Source of the DNA: Candidatus Altiarchaeales archaeon
Lineage (GTDB): Archaea; Altiarchaeota; Altiarchaeia; IMC4; QMZM01
Direction of reading: 5' to 3'
Assembly (NCBI GenBank): GCA_023252215.1
Contig: JAHEXG010000004.1
Span: 1-59,420, forward strand
DNA: 59,420 nucleotides
Under the pieces are notes generated by a model. That model made no database searches and was not told where the DNA came from. It saw only the letters and a list, made by a program, of their open reading frames with translations. The position numbers were made by a program, and so were the translations under genes. Positions 19,029 to 29,157 of this stretch are shown here, in pieces; position 1 is the stretch's first letter; each line of letters begins with the position of its first letter.

Positions 19029-19796
19029 ATGCAGGACGTAGAAGTAAGGATAATAGAAAAACCGGAACTAAAGAACACCGTACTCATAGAAGGGCTCCCC
19101 GGGATAGGCCTGGTCGGAAAACTCGCAGCAGACCACATGCTGGACAAACTAAAAGCCAAGAAGTTCGCAGAGATCTATTCGCCGTTCCTCCCGCCGCAGG
19201 TCTCCATAAAAGAAGACGGAACGGTACAGCTCGTAAACAACGAACTATACTACTGGAAAGGAGAGAAAAACGACATCATCCTACTGCTGGGAGACTTCCA
19301 GGGCATAACACCCGACAGCCAGTACAAACTATCGGAGAAAGCGATCGACGTGGCCATGCAATACGGCCTGAAAAGGATATTCACCCTCGGGGGCCTGGGA
19401 ACCGGGGACATAGTAAGGAACCCGAAAGTATTCGGCGCCGCAACCACGATAAAACAAGTGGAAGAACTCAAAAAATACGGAGTCATATTCAGAGGCGGGG
19501 GGGCAATATTCGGAGCAGCCGGCCTGATAGTGGGCCTGGGGATGCTGAAAGATATTCCTTCCGCATGCCTTATGGGAGAGACCCACGGCCAGATAATAGA
19601 CGCCAAATCGGCCGAAGCAGTATTAAAAGTCCTCACAAGCATCCTGGGAATAGAGATGGACATGACGGAACTCGCAGGAAAAGCCAAGGAGACAGAAGAA
19701 CAAATGGGCAAGATGAGCAAAATGCTCACAGACCAGAAGAAGGCAATGGAGCGCCAGCAGGAATTTTTGGACGAAACGCCGAGCTACATCAGATAA
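19029..19796 (+). CDS. PAC2-family proteasome assembly chaperone-like protein
   Basis: LIEGLPGIGLVGKLAADH...TLGG...CLMGETHG..D.KSA. Confidence 0.9.
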   Translation: MQDVEVRIIEKPELKNTVLIEGLPGIGLVGKLAADHMLDKLKAKKFAEIYSPFLPPQVSIKEDGTVQLVNNELYYWKGEKNDIILLLGDFQGITPDSQYKLSEKAIDVAMQYGLKRIFTLGGLGTGDIVRNPKVFGAATTIKQVEELKKYGVIFRGGGAIFGAAGLIVGLGMLKDIPSACLMGETHGQIIDAKSAEAVLKVLTSILGIEMDMTELAGKAKETEEQMGKMSKMLTDQKKAMERQQEFLDETPSYIR

Positions 19797-19837
19797 TTAA
19801 AAGAAGGAATAAATAAAGACAGAAAAGAAATAAATTT

Positions 19838-20077
19838 TTATTTCTTTACCTTCCATGCAGGGGCTTCGCGCATATTCTGCTCGGCCCTTCTTCCGGCTTC
19901 TTCCGGGCCCAAGCCCTGCTTTATGTACATCTTAGAGATCATGACCTTTACGTCTTCCCTGGACTTAAGTTTTCCGCTCTTGTCAGCACAGAAAGAACAG
20001 TAGATATTGTTCATGTCTCCGCCGCCGAAATCATTGTATTTCTGCATCGTCATTCCGCAACTCTGGCATATTTTCAT
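19838..20077 (-). CDS. Small zinc-ribbon protein (CQSCGM type)
   Basis: CQSCGM...YCSFC...G...PAW. Confidence 0.75.
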   Translation of the reverse strand: MKICQSCGMTMQKYNDFGGGDMNNIYCSFCADKSGKLKSREDVKVMISKMYIKQGLGPEEAGRRAEQNMREAPAWKVKK

Positions 20078-20172
20078 TTTAGGGTTCCAAACAAAAAAAA
20101 ATTTATTTGAGATAATTATAGAATTACGCAGATTTAATATAATCCAAAGGCATTATTAACAAGGGGACAAAA

Positions 20173-21399
20173 ATGCAGGACTACGACATAGATTTCCACA
20201 TACACTCGAAATACTCCAAAGGCGTCTCCAAGAGCATGGAGCTGCCGGTGATAGCAAAACAGGCGGAATTAAAAGGCCTGGAACTGGTAGGAACCGGAGA
20301 CGCATTATGCGTTCCCTGGATGGGGCATATTAAAAAGTCCCTGGTAGAGGGAGTGGATGGAGCATATTCGATAGAAGGCTCCAAAACGCAATTCCTGATA
20401 ACCGCGGAAGTAGAAGACGAAAGAAGAGTGCACCACCTGATACTATTTCCCTCCATCACGGCGGCAGAAGACATGACCGAGAGATTGCGCAAACAATCGA
20501 ACGACATACACAAAGAAGGAAGACCCCATGTGAAGATAAACGGAGAACAATTAGTCGACCATGCAAGAGAAGTAGACGCATTGGTCGGTCCCGCGCATGC
20601 CTTCACTCCCTGGACCGCCATATACAAGGAATACAACTCATTAAAGGAATGCTACGGGACAAATACGCATTATGTGAAATTCCTGGAACTGGGACTATCG
20701 GCGGATACCGGCATGGCAGACAGGATAGAGGAACTACAAAACATAACCTTTTTATCCAATTCAGACACCCACAGCCCCTGGCCCCACCGCCTGGGCCGAG
20801 AATTCAACAGAATACAAATAGAGCAGCCCTCATTCAAAGAGATCGAGAAGGCATTGGATAGAAAAAACAGAAGAAAATTCTCGCTAAACGCGGGCCTAGA
20901 CCCAAGAGAGGGAAAATACCACCTCACCGCGTGCAGCAAATGCTTCATCCGCTTCAAGCTGGAAGACGCGGTACGGCTGCGCTGGCGCTGCCCGGAATGC
21001 AGGGGCATGATAAAAAAAGGCGTAGCGGACAGGATAAACGAACTGGCATCCTGGGACACTCCGCACCACCCGGAGCACCGCCCCAGGTACATGCACATAA
21101 TACCCCTGGCAGAGGTCCTAGCCCTCGCATCAGGCAGCAGGAACGCAACAGGCAAAAAGATAAAAGCCGAATGGGACCGCCTGATAGAAAAATTCGGAAC
21201 AGAGATCAACATCCTCGTTGACGCAGACGTGGAAGAGATAAAGAAGGAAAACGCAGAGGTTGGAAGAATAATAGATAAATTCCGCGCAGACAAGATAAAA
21301 TACGTAGCCGGCGGCGGGGGGCAATACGGACACCCCACGCTGAAAGACGAAACGGATAATTTCTACGGCCGCGGACAGAAGACGTTGACGGATTACTGA
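20173..21399 (+). CDS. endoQ: Endonuclease Q (TIGR00375 PHP family)
   Basis: DFHIHSKYS, GTGD, GPAHAFTPW, ELGLSAD, NSDTHSP, LGRE, GKYH..ACSKC..CPEC, GGGGQYG. Confidence 0.85.
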   Translation: MQDYDIDFHIHSKYSKGVSKSMELPVIAKQAELKGLELVGTGDALCVPWMGHIKKSLVEGVDGAYSIEGSKTQFLITAEVEDERRVHHLILFPSITAAEDMTERLRKQSNDIHKEGRPHVKINGEQLVDHAREVDALVGPAHAFTPWTAIYKEYNSLKECYGTNTHYVKFLELGLSADTGMADRIEELQNITFLSNSDTHSPWPHRLGREFNRIQIEQPSFKEIEKALDRKNRRKFSLNAGLDPREGKYHLTACSKCFIRFKLEDAVRLRWRCPECRGMIKKGVADRINELASWDTPHHPEHRPRYMHIIPLAEVLALASGSRNATGKKIKAEWDRLIEKFGTEINILVDADVEEIKKENAEVGRIIDKFRADKIKYVAGGGGQYGHPTLKDETDNFYGRGQKTLTDY

Positions 21400-21401
21400 C
21401 C

Positions 21402-23177
21402 TTATCCTGCCCCGCCGCCTCCGCCGCCGCCCCCGCCTCCGCCGCCTCCTCCGGAGAAGCCGCCTGAGCCTGAGGTGCCGGTCGCCGCAGTAAAGGCCGA
21501 CGAGAAACCGTTAACCGCCGAGCCGAAGGATGCTGCCGAGAACGCCCCTACTCCGCCTGCGTATATGTTTGAGTGTATTTCTCCTTTGTAGTCTTTGAAT
21601 ACGTCGTCCATGGTCTTCTGCACCTTATGCGCAACACCCAAAGGAATGGAGTATATGAGATATTTCTCCCAGAGCACGATGGCATCCGGCGAAACCTCGC
21701 GCAGGCTGCTGAAGTCTTCCAGGAATCGCTTTAGGCGCATCCATTTGACGTAGTGCTCCGCTCCCTTAGGCGTCCTGTTTGGAAGGGCGTTTGGAAAGAT
21801 TGCTGCCAGCAGGAACGCCTCAAATGCGATGAAAATGCAGAACAATGGAAATACTAAGAGGGAGATAAAGGCCACAAGTATCGTAGCTGCGGCAAAGGGG
21901 ATAAAGCCCGTTCTCCCGGAGAAGAAACCAAGCTCCTCGGCCTGCTCTTTTACCTGGTTCCTCCAATCTTCCAGCCATTCCTGCGTTTTCGAAGGCTCGG
22001 CTTCAAGATATTTTTTTAGTTCCGAAAGCGTGACACTATCGGGCGTCTCGTCCTCGACCTTCTCCTTCAACAGCCAGCCTTTGTACTTGTACCTGGCCGC
22101 ATCGATTATAAGACTTAGAAGCTTTTTCTCGCTCTCCGCAAGGCCTACAAGAGCAGTGGAAAGAACCTTTATTTCGTAGTCGTCGCCTCCGAACAATCCA
22201 AGGACTTTTTCTTTGGGGATCTTCCCAAGTTTGAGCCTTCCTTTCACGCACAGATCAAGAAGCTCCGCCGAAACCGCATTCTGGCCCGGTTTCTTCGTGT
22301 TCTGGTTCATGAGAGCGCTTAGGACTGCGGGACTGTAATCATAAGGCGGCTCGCGCTCGTATATCGACTGTACGTCGACCTTCGGCTCCCTGCCATAGAA
22401 ATGCCAGATAGCTGCGAACGCGATTATTTCCAGTACAAAAAAGCAAATAAACCAAAGCAGGAGCGTCAGCATAGATTCGCCTGAGGAGGGAGGAGAATAA
22501 TTCTTTTCTTCTTCCACGACCATTTGTAGACCGGCACCGTCCTCATGCACTGCATAAGTCGCATCGGGAAGCACGTATCTTGGGAACACGACCCTTACCT
22601 CGACCCACTGGTTTGCCGGGATGTCGAAAGACTGGAAAATGACGTTACTGTTATTCGACAACATTATCTTACCGGAAAGAACGGGATGACCCCACGTGTA
22701 CACCTCTTTTGAGTCGTTCACGGGCGCAGGCAGGATTATCGCTCCCTCAAGGTCTTTTAGGGAAACATCCCAGTTCGAATCCCAGACCTTCCAATAAATC
22801 TCGCCTACGTCGTCATACACTGTCACAGCATTCGTCAGGCGATACCTGATGCTGAAGGTCCTCTTCTCGTTTGCGGCAGTATAATACCACGTGACCCGGG
22901 TAGTGCTGCCCTGGTCGGTCTGCTCAAATCTTACCGGAATTCCGTTCTCATACACCGCAATGCCTGAAATAGTCCAATATCCTTTGCCAAAATCCCGGTA
23001 TGCGTATGTGAATGAATCGCGGAAATCATAGGTGATATTCTCTTCCACGTTGACTGATGCGTCGGGATTTATCCGCATAGTGACAAATGCCTTGTCAAGG
23101 TAGTATTCTTTGGCGTAAACCGGAATAGAAATTACCGCCAGTGCAAGAACGAATAAAACCAAAAAACTATTTTTCAT
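21402..23177 (-). CDS. DUF2207 family membrane protein
   Basis: Signal peptide, DASVNVEENITYDF, WEKYLIYSIPLGV and Gly-rich C-terminal tail. Confidence 0.88.
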   Translation of the reverse strand: MKNSFLVLFVLALAVISIPVYAKEYYLDKAFVTMRINPDASVNVEENITYDFRDSFTYAYRDFGKGYWTISGIAVYENGIPVRFEQTDQGSTTRVTWYYTAANEKRTFSIRYRLTNAVTVYDDVGEIYWKVWDSNWDVSLKDLEGAIILPAPVNDSKEVYTWGHPVLSGKIMLSNNSNVIFQSFDIPANQWVEVRVVFPRYVLPDATYAVHEDGAGLQMVVEEEKNYSPPSSGESMLTLLLWFICFFVLEIIAFAAIWHFYGREPKVDVQSIYEREPPYDYSPAVLSALMNQNTKKPGQNAVSAELLDLCVKGRLKLGKIPKEKVLGLFGGDDYEIKVLSTALVGLAESEKKLLSLIIDAARYKYKGWLLKEKVEDETPDSVTLSELKKYLEAEPSKTQEWLEDWRNQVKEQAEELGFFSGRTGFIPFAAATILVAFISLLVFPLFCIFIAFEAFLLAAIFPNALPNRTPKGAEHYVKWMRLKRFLEDFSSLREVSPDAIVLWEKYLIYSIPLGVAHKVQKTMDDVFKDYKGEIHSNIYAGGVGAFSAASFGSAVNGFSSAFTAATGTSGSGGFSGGGGGGGGGGGGGGAG

Positions 23178-23356
23178 CTAGATAAGTATTACGCCACATT
23201 CCTAATTAATTATTCAAGTCTTCTTGATACCGTATGTTGTCCTTATCCCGTATTTACGCCGCTTCTCCGCTTTTTATATACCTGATTCCAATAGGTATTC
23301 AATAGGTTTCTTTTATTCGTTTATTTTAATTTAATAAGCTTTTTGAGGCGGTTTCT

Positions 23357-23998
23357 TTGGACTCTGATGGGAAAATTCTTAAAGGAACTACGACTATTGG
23401 TTTAGCTTGTAGTGACGGTGTTGTATTGCTTACGGACAGAAGAGCGTCGATGGGTACTTTCATAGCCAGCAGAAAGGCCAAAAAAGTCTACAAAGTAAAC
23501 GACTACATAGGCGCAACCATAGCAGGCTCAGTAGGCGACGCAGAAGCCATCATACGCCTCATACAGGCAGAGGCCGCATTGTACGAGATGAACAACAAGG
23601 ACCGCATGTCCACCAAGGCCGCTGCAAACCTGATAGCAAACGTCCTGCAGGGAAGCAAATATTACCCCTACATGATACAGGTACTGATAGGCGGATACGA
23701 CAAAAAAGCATCCATCTACACCCTCGACCCCCTGGGCGGACTCATAGAAGAAGACATGGCCTCCACTGGAAGCGGGTCCCCGGTAGCATACGGCGTACTT
23801 GAACTCGACTACTCGCTTGAGAAAACAGTAAAAGAGAATATCCCCGTAGCCGTAAGAGCCATGCTGTCTGCGCTCCAGAGAGACTGCGCAACCGGAGACG
23901 GCCTAAGCCTTGTAACCATCACGCAGGACGGCTTCAAAGAATACAGCGAAGACGACGTGGACGACTACATAAAGAAAGCCACAAAAAAATCCAAGTAG
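23357..23998 (+). CDS. psmB: Proteasome subunit beta
   Basis: Propeptide then KG|TTTIG; AGSVGDA, GSGS, RDCATG. TTG start after GAGGCGG; TTTATATA at 23273-23280. Confidence 0.95.
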   Translation: MDSDGKILKGTTTIGLACSDGVVLLTDRRASMGTFIASRKAKKVYKVNDYIGATIAGSVGDAEAIIRLIQAEAALYEMNNKDRMSTKAAANLIANVLQGSKYYPYMIQVLIGGYDKKASIYTLDPLGGLIEEDMASTGSGSPVAYGVLELDYSLEKTVKENIPVAVRAMLSALQRDCATGDGLSLVTITQDGFKEYSEDDVDDYIKKATKKSK

Positions 23999-24195
23999 AC
24001 GCCAATACATACAATAATATGTAACAGGCATTATTTTGCGGGAATCCTACGCCGCACACTAATCTGACTGGGCCGAACACAAGACCCTTTACCTGTCTAA
24101 AAACCGGCTTAGGTCATTTGATTTTTTTCATACTGCTGCATTATTCAAAAACCAAAAAAGAAAGATAGCAATCTCAGAACACTTAAAAACAAGAG

Positions 24196-26091
24196 GTGAA
24201 TTCATTGGAATTCAAAGACATAAAACACATAGTAGCGGATAACGCGCCTACAGGCAAAATAACCAAAGTAGACGTAGAAGGCCCAAAAGTAATCCTCTAC
24301 ACGGACGACCTGCCATTCTTCATAGACCACAACGAGGAGATAAAGAACCTGGCAACTCTGCTGCGCAAAAGGATAGTCATCAGATCCAACCCTGCCGCAT
24401 TGATGGAACCTCTCGAGGCTAAGAAGATAGTGGAAGAAATAATACCGCCCGAAGCTAACATATGCAACATATCTTTTGACCCGCACTTTCAGGAGATACA
24501 CATAGAGGCCGAAAAACTGGGGCTCATAATAGGAAAACAGGGAATCACCCGCGACGAGATAGCAAAAAGGACCGGCTGGAATCCCAAGCTACTCCGAAAA
24601 CCCCCAATAGAATCCGAGACCATCCGAAGCGTCCGCAAGATGCTCTACGACTCAAGCGAAGAACGCCAGAAGGTACTAAAAGAAGTCGGCAAAAAGATAT
24701 ACAGAAAACCCGATTCCGAATGCGACTGGATAAGAGTAACCCCCTTAGGAGGCGCACGAGAAGTAGGAAGATCATGTTTCCTGTTGCAGACAACCGAAAG
24801 CAACGTCATACTCGACTGCGGCATAAACACCGCAGCATCAGGCACCGCAAGATTCCCGGACTTCAGGGCAGCGAAACTAGAAATGGAGAGACTGGACGCA
24901 GTAATAATATCCCACGCCCACCTGGACCACTCAGGATTCCTACCATACCTGTACAAATACGGATACGAAGGACCGGTCTACTGTACTGAGCCGACACGAG
25001 ACCTGATGACCCTGCTACTGCTGGACGCAGTAGAGATAGGCGAACGAGAAGACAACGAACTGCCATACTCCTCCAAGGAAATACAAAAAATGATAAAACA
25101 CATAATCCCCTTGGAATACCAGGAAGTAGCAGACATAACCCCCGACATGAGGATCACATTATACGACGCCGGACACATCCTAGGCTCCTCGATGGTGCAC
25201 CTGCACATGGGCGAAGGATTGCATAATCTAGTATACAGCGGAGACATAAAATTCGGAGACACGCGCCTGCTGGAAGCCGCAAACTTCGAATTCCCCCGCG
25301 CAGAGACCCTGATAATGGAGAGCACCTACGGAGGAAGATACGACATACAACCGCACAGGAGAGACGCGGAAAAGATGCTCCTGAACAACATACAGGAAAC
25401 CATAAAGAACAAAGGCAAAGTCCTGATACCCGTATTCTCGGTAGGAAGATCCCAGGAAGTAATGATAGTGCTGGAAAACTTCGCAAGATTCGAAGAATTC
25501 AACGTCCCAGTATACCTGGACGGAATGATATGGGAAGCAACCGCAATACACACCCTGTACCCGGAATACCTTAAAAAACACATACGCCACAGGATATTCA
25601 ACGGACACAACCCTTTCCTGGCAGACACCTTCGCAAAAGTCAAACCCAAAGAAAGAAAGACCATAATAGAAAGCGAAGAACCCTGCGTGATCCTCGCAAC
25701 CTCGGGTATGATGACAGGCGGGCCCTCGGTGGAATACTTCAAAGCATTCGCAGAAGACCCAAAGAACATGCTATCCTTCGTCGGATACCAGGCAGAAGGA
25801 TCCCTAGGACGAAGGATACAGAACGGCATGTCCGAGATGACAGTAGAAAAGAACGGAAGAACTGCCGCATTAAAGATCAAGATGGCTATCCGGACAGTGG
25901 ACGGATTCTCAGGGCACGCAGACAGACGCCAGCTTCTGGGCTACGCCAAAAAAGTACACCCCAAGCCCAAGAGAACACTCATAGTCCACGGCGAAGAAAA
26001 GAAGTCCGCAAACCTTGCGCTCACCTTGAACGAGATGTTCGGATTCGACGCATCAGCACCCCAGAACCTGGACACGATAAGGCTGGTATAA
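24196..26091 (+). CDS. fttA: aCPSF1/FttA beta-CASP ribonuclease with N-terminal KH domains
   Basis: LGGAREVGRSC, HAHLDH, AGHILGS, FSGHAD; conserved psmB-aCPSF1 synteny. Confidence 0.94.
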   Translation: MNSLEFKDIKHIVADNAPTGKITKVDVEGPKVILYTDDLPFFIDHNEEIKNLATLLRKRIVIRSNPAALMEPLEAKKIVEEIIPPEANICNISFDPHFQEIHIEAEKLGLIIGKQGITRDEIAKRTGWNPKLLRKPPIESETIRSVRKMLYDSSEERQKVLKEVGKKIYRKPDSECDWIRVTPLGGAREVGRSCFLLQTTESNVILDCGINTAASGTARFPDFRAAKLEMERLDAVIISHAHLDHSGFLPYLYKYGYEGPVYCTEPTRDLMTLLLLDAVEIGEREDNELPYSSKEIQKMIKHIIPLEYQEVADITPDMRITLYDAGHILGSSMVHLHMGEGLHNLVYSGDIKFGDTRLLEAANFEFPRAETLIMESTYGGRYDIQPHRRDAEKMLLNNIQETIKNKGKVLIPVFSVGRSQEVMIVLENFARFEEFNVPVYLDGMIWEATAIHTLYPEYLKKHIRHRIFNGHNPFLADTFAKVKPKERKTIIESEEPCVILATSGMMTGGPSVEYFKAFAEDPKNMLSFVGYQAEGSLGRRIQNGMSEMTVEKNGRTAALKIKMAIRTVDGFSGHADRRQLLGYAKKVHPKPKRTLIVHGEEKKSANLALTLNEMFGFDASAPQNLDTIRLV

Positions 26092-26097
26092 TTCACA

Positions 26098-26401
26098 CAC
26101 GCCCGGCAGGATTATGCAGACCGGGCTTTCTTCCTTTTCAGTCTAAGCGCCTTCTTTCACTTTCCAGTCATCGAAGGCTCCAGCAGCTACAGTCCCAGAC
26201 CAAGGCTTACGCACTGCAAATACACATTCTCGGCGGCATGGCCGGCGTCTATGTGCGCATAACGGATCCCGCGCGCGCCATAACGGGAAGTAGTCCGGCC
26301 ATATACTGCTACAAAGACCATATCCGCAGCCGCGCTTAGAACACAAGACTACCTGTATGCTTCGGCTCCGGCAGCTTTGTTTTTTTATCTATTCTATCCA
26401 A
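26098..26401 (-). pseudogene. Degraded SagB/ThcOx-family nitroreductase
   Basis: Stitched frames give KTKLPEPKHTGS* / VFVAVYGRTTSRYGARGIRYAHIDAGHAAENVYLQCVSLGLG / TVAAGAFDDWKVKE / ESPVCII. Large internal deletion plus frameshifts. Confidence 0.8.
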
Positions 26402-26431
26402 AGATATATTTTATAGATACAATACTAAAAC

Positions 26432-26956
26432 ATGAAAGCTTTGTTTATCCTGGCTCCGGGGAATTTCCGGGACGAGGAATTCTTTTCGCCCAAAGAGAAA
26501 CTAGAGAAAGCAGGCGTTTGCGTAACCGTTGCCGGACTATCCATGAACGAGTCTACAGGAATGCTCGGAAGGAAAACAAAACCAGACATGCTCCTAAAAG
26601 ATGCGAGCATCGAAGACTACGACGTCCTCGTGCTTCCCGGGGGAAGAGGCTCAAGAGAATACCTGATAGACAATGACCAAGTAATCACAGCCGTGAGAAA
26701 AGCATACGAAAAAGGCCTGATAGTCGCAGCCATATGCAGCTCATGCATGATACCCGCTAAAGCAGGCATCGTTAAAGGAAAGAAAGCCACCTGCTTCACC
26801 CGGCCTGACGATATGCAGAACCTAAAAAACGCAGGCGCACAATACATGGGTGAAGGAGCCATAGTAGATGGAAACCTCATCACTGCGACCGGGCCAGTAG
26901 ATTCCGACAGATTCGCAGACAGGATAATTGAAGCACTAAAAAACCGGAAGACATGA
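26432..26956 (+). CDS. DJ-1/PfpI family protein
   Basis: FRDEE, YDVLVLPGG.G, VAAICSS, DGNLITATGP. Confidence 0.92.
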   Translation: MKALFILAPGNFRDEEFFSPKEKLEKAGVCVTVAGLSMNESTGMLGRKTKPDMLLKDASIEDYDVLVLPGGRGSREYLIDNDQVITAVRKAYEKGLIVAAICSSCMIPAKAGIVKGKKATCFTRPDDMQNLKNAGAQYMGEGAIVDGNLITATGPVDSDRFADRIIEALKNRKT

Positions 26957-27627
26957 AAAAAGACCTGCTGACAATACACGACCTGCTGCTGGAGAGATCC
27001 GGCCCGCAGCACTGGTGGCCTGCAGAGACTCCTTTCGAAGTTGTGGTCGGCGCGATACTGACGCAGTCTACTTCCTGGAAGAACGTGGAAAAGGCGTTAA
27101 GCGATCTGAAAAAGGAAGGCCTGCTTAACCCAAAAACTCTCCACGAAATAGACGTAAACATACTCGCAGCCAAGATCAAGCCTGCAGGATACTACAACGC
27201 CAAAGCCCGCAAGCTCAAGGAATACATGAACCACTTATACGCTAACTACGCAGGCGACCTGGATGATATGTTCAAATCAGACGGACGAAGACTACGCGAT
27301 GAGCTGTTATCGATATGGGGCATAGGCCCTGAGACTGCGGATTCCATCGTCCTGTATGCTGCGGAGAAGCCGGAATTCGTAGTCGATGCGTATACGAAGA
27401 GGATATTTTCACGACTGGGCTACGTAGATGAGAGCGTATCGTATGAAGGTCTGAAAGAATTCTCAGAACAAAACCTTCCAAGAAACGTAAAAATATACAA
27501 CGAATTCCACGCCCTCCTCGTGCTTCTTGGAAAAGAACACTGCAGGAAGACGAAGCCGGTATGCGACGGATGCCCGCTGGAGAAAAGATGCCTGAAAAAG
27601 AACATAAAGAAAAAAAAACCAGGATAA
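26953..27627 (+). CDS. Endonuclease III-related HhH-GPD glycosylase with 4Fe-4S motif
   Basis: WWPAETPFEVVVGAILTQ, LLSIWGIGPETAD, VVDAYTKR, HCRKTKPVCDGCPLEKRC. Confidence 0.9.
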   Translation: MKKDLLTIHDLLLERSGPQHWWPAETPFEVVVGAILTQSTSWKNVEKALSDLKKEGLLNPKTLHEIDVNILAAKIKPAGYYNAKARKLKEYMNHLYANYAGDLDDMFKSDGRRLRDELLSIWGIGPETADSIVLYAAEKPEFVVDAYTKRIFSRLGYVDESVSYEGLKEFSEQNLPRNVKIYNEFHALLVLLGKEHCRKTKPVCDGCPLEKRCLKKNIKKKKPG

Positions 27628-27672
27628 AGCATTCTATTGAAAGTATTTATTAAAGTAATCATATTGTCTTAC

Positions 27673-27933
27673 ATGGCTTCCTTGGGTCTGCGCGTCCTGT
27701 TCTATCCTAAGACAAACGAATACGAGGTCGTTTCCCCGGACGGCTTCACATTGAAAATGACGGAAGAAGACTTCAAAGCGATCAAATGCCAGATGAACGG
27801 CATCGCCCTCTCTCTTGCAGAACAGGCCCGCGAGAAAAAGAAGGAGGCCAAACTTGCAGCACAAAACCTTGAGGCCCCTATTTCTTCATCCGTCTCCTGC
27901 CCACCATCTCTATCGGAAGACCCCACAGTTTAA
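27673..27933 (+). CDS. Small hypothetical protein
   Basis: Fills the gap after the EndoIII-like gene with plausible codon usage; its 3' end overlaps the argG 3' end. Confidence 0.5.
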   Translation: MASLGLRVLFYPKTNEYEVVSPDGFTLKMTEEDFKAIKCQMNGIALSLAEQAREKKKEAKLAAQNLEAPISSSVSCPPSLSEDPTV

Positions 27934-29068
27934 GGAATCCTTCAGCCATCTTGTGATCGAATGCGTCCTTTTTGTCGTAAGTCGCAAGCGCAAGATTGTA
28001 TAAAGAATTAGGAGACTCTCTTCCGACGACGATCATGCCTCCCTTGTAGAGTTTTAGCCTGATCATTCCGGTAACTACTTCCTGGCTTTTGTCCATGAAG
28101 GCGTCTATGTCTTCTTTTAGGGGCTCCAGCCACTGGCCGAAGTAGACCATCTGCGACCACTTGTTCTCGAGTATTCCTTTGAACAGGTTCTCTTCGCGCG
28201 TGAGCGTGAGTCGTTCCAGTTCGCGGTGGGCTTCCAGCAACGCGACCGCTGCGGGGCACTCATAGACCTCGCGCGATTTTATGCCTACGAGGCGGTCTTC
28301 TATCATGTCTATCCTTCCCACGCCGTGGTTTCCGCATATCTCGTTTAGTTTGTAGAGTAGTTCCAGTTCCGGCATCTTCTTACCGTTGAGGCCGACCGGT
28401 ATCCCTTTCTCGAATTCTATTTCCACGTATACCGGCTTGTCAGGCGCAGCCTGCGGAGAAACAGTCCAGCGGAATGCGTCTTCTCCCGGCTCTTTCAGGG
28501 GATTCTCAAGGACTCCTGCTTCGATGCTCCTACACCACAGGTTCTCATCTACGCTGTAAGGAGATTTCCCGGCGGGGATGGGTATATTGTGCTTCTGAGC
28601 GTATTTTATGGACTCATCCCGGGTAAGGCCCCACTCCCGGACTGGCGCCAGTATCTTCAGGTCCGGATTAATCCCGCGAACACTTAATTCGAACCGGACC
28701 TGGTCGTTCCCCTTCCCGGTCGCGCCGTGCGATACCGAATCAGCGCCCTCTTTTGCGGCGATCTCTGCCAGGTACTTGCCTATCAAGGGCCGTGCAAGGG
28801 CGGTTCCCAGCGGATACTTGTTCTCATAAAGCGCGTTTGCCTTGACAGCAGGGTTTATGTAGTCTCTTACGAATTCCTCGCGTACGTCGATGCTGTAGGT
28901 CTTGACGGCCCCCATCTTCTTGGCCTTTTCCTCGATCTCTTTTAGGTCCTTTACGCCCTGGCCCAGCTCCAATGTGAGGGTTATGACATCGGTCTTGTAG
29001 TGTTCCTGAAGCCATTTGATGCAGACAGAGGTATCTAAGCCGCCTGAGTATGCGAGCACGGTTTTCAT
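27878..29068 (-). CDS. argG: Argininosuccinate synthase
   Basis: VLAYSGGLDTS, HGATGKGNDQVRF, YSVDENLW, GIKSREVYE. Confidence 0.97.
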   Translation of the reverse strand: MKTVLAYSGGLDTSVCIKWLQEHYKTDVITLTLELGQGVKDLKEIEEKAKKMGAVKTYSIDVREEFVRDYINPAVKANALYENKYPLGTALARPLIGKYLAEIAAKEGADSVSHGATGKGNDQVRFELSVRGINPDLKILAPVREWGLTRDESIKYAQKHNIPIPAGKSPYSVDENLWCRSIEAGVLENPLKEPGEDAFRWTVSPQAAPDKPVYVEIEFEKGIPVGLNGKKMPELELLYKLNEICGNHGVGRIDMIEDRLVGIKSREVYECPAAVALLEAHRELERLTLTREENLFKGILENKWSQMVYFGQWLEPLKEDIDAFMDKSQEVVTGMIRLKLYKGGMIVVGRESPNSLYNLALATYDKKDAFDHKMAEGFLKLWGLPIEMVGRRRMKK

Positions 29069-29157
29069 CTTGATATCTATTAAATTCAGGGAAATTAAAA
29101 TCACCCCGATACCCCTTTATATTACAATCCAAGTACAATAATAAACAGGTGCTCAAG

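Noticed and set aside
21403-21480. CCG/CCT-rich tract
   Set aside because: Encodes the normal Gly-rich C-terminus of DUF2207 proteins.
23999-24195. ncRNA in the psmB-aCPSF1 spacer
   Set aside because: No stable hairpin or recognisable C/D, H/ACA, SRP or RNase P motifs were found by eye.
26143-26346. 67-aa Cys-rich peptide (possible RiPP or metallothionein)
   Set aside because: Off-frame reading of the nitroreductase pseudogene.
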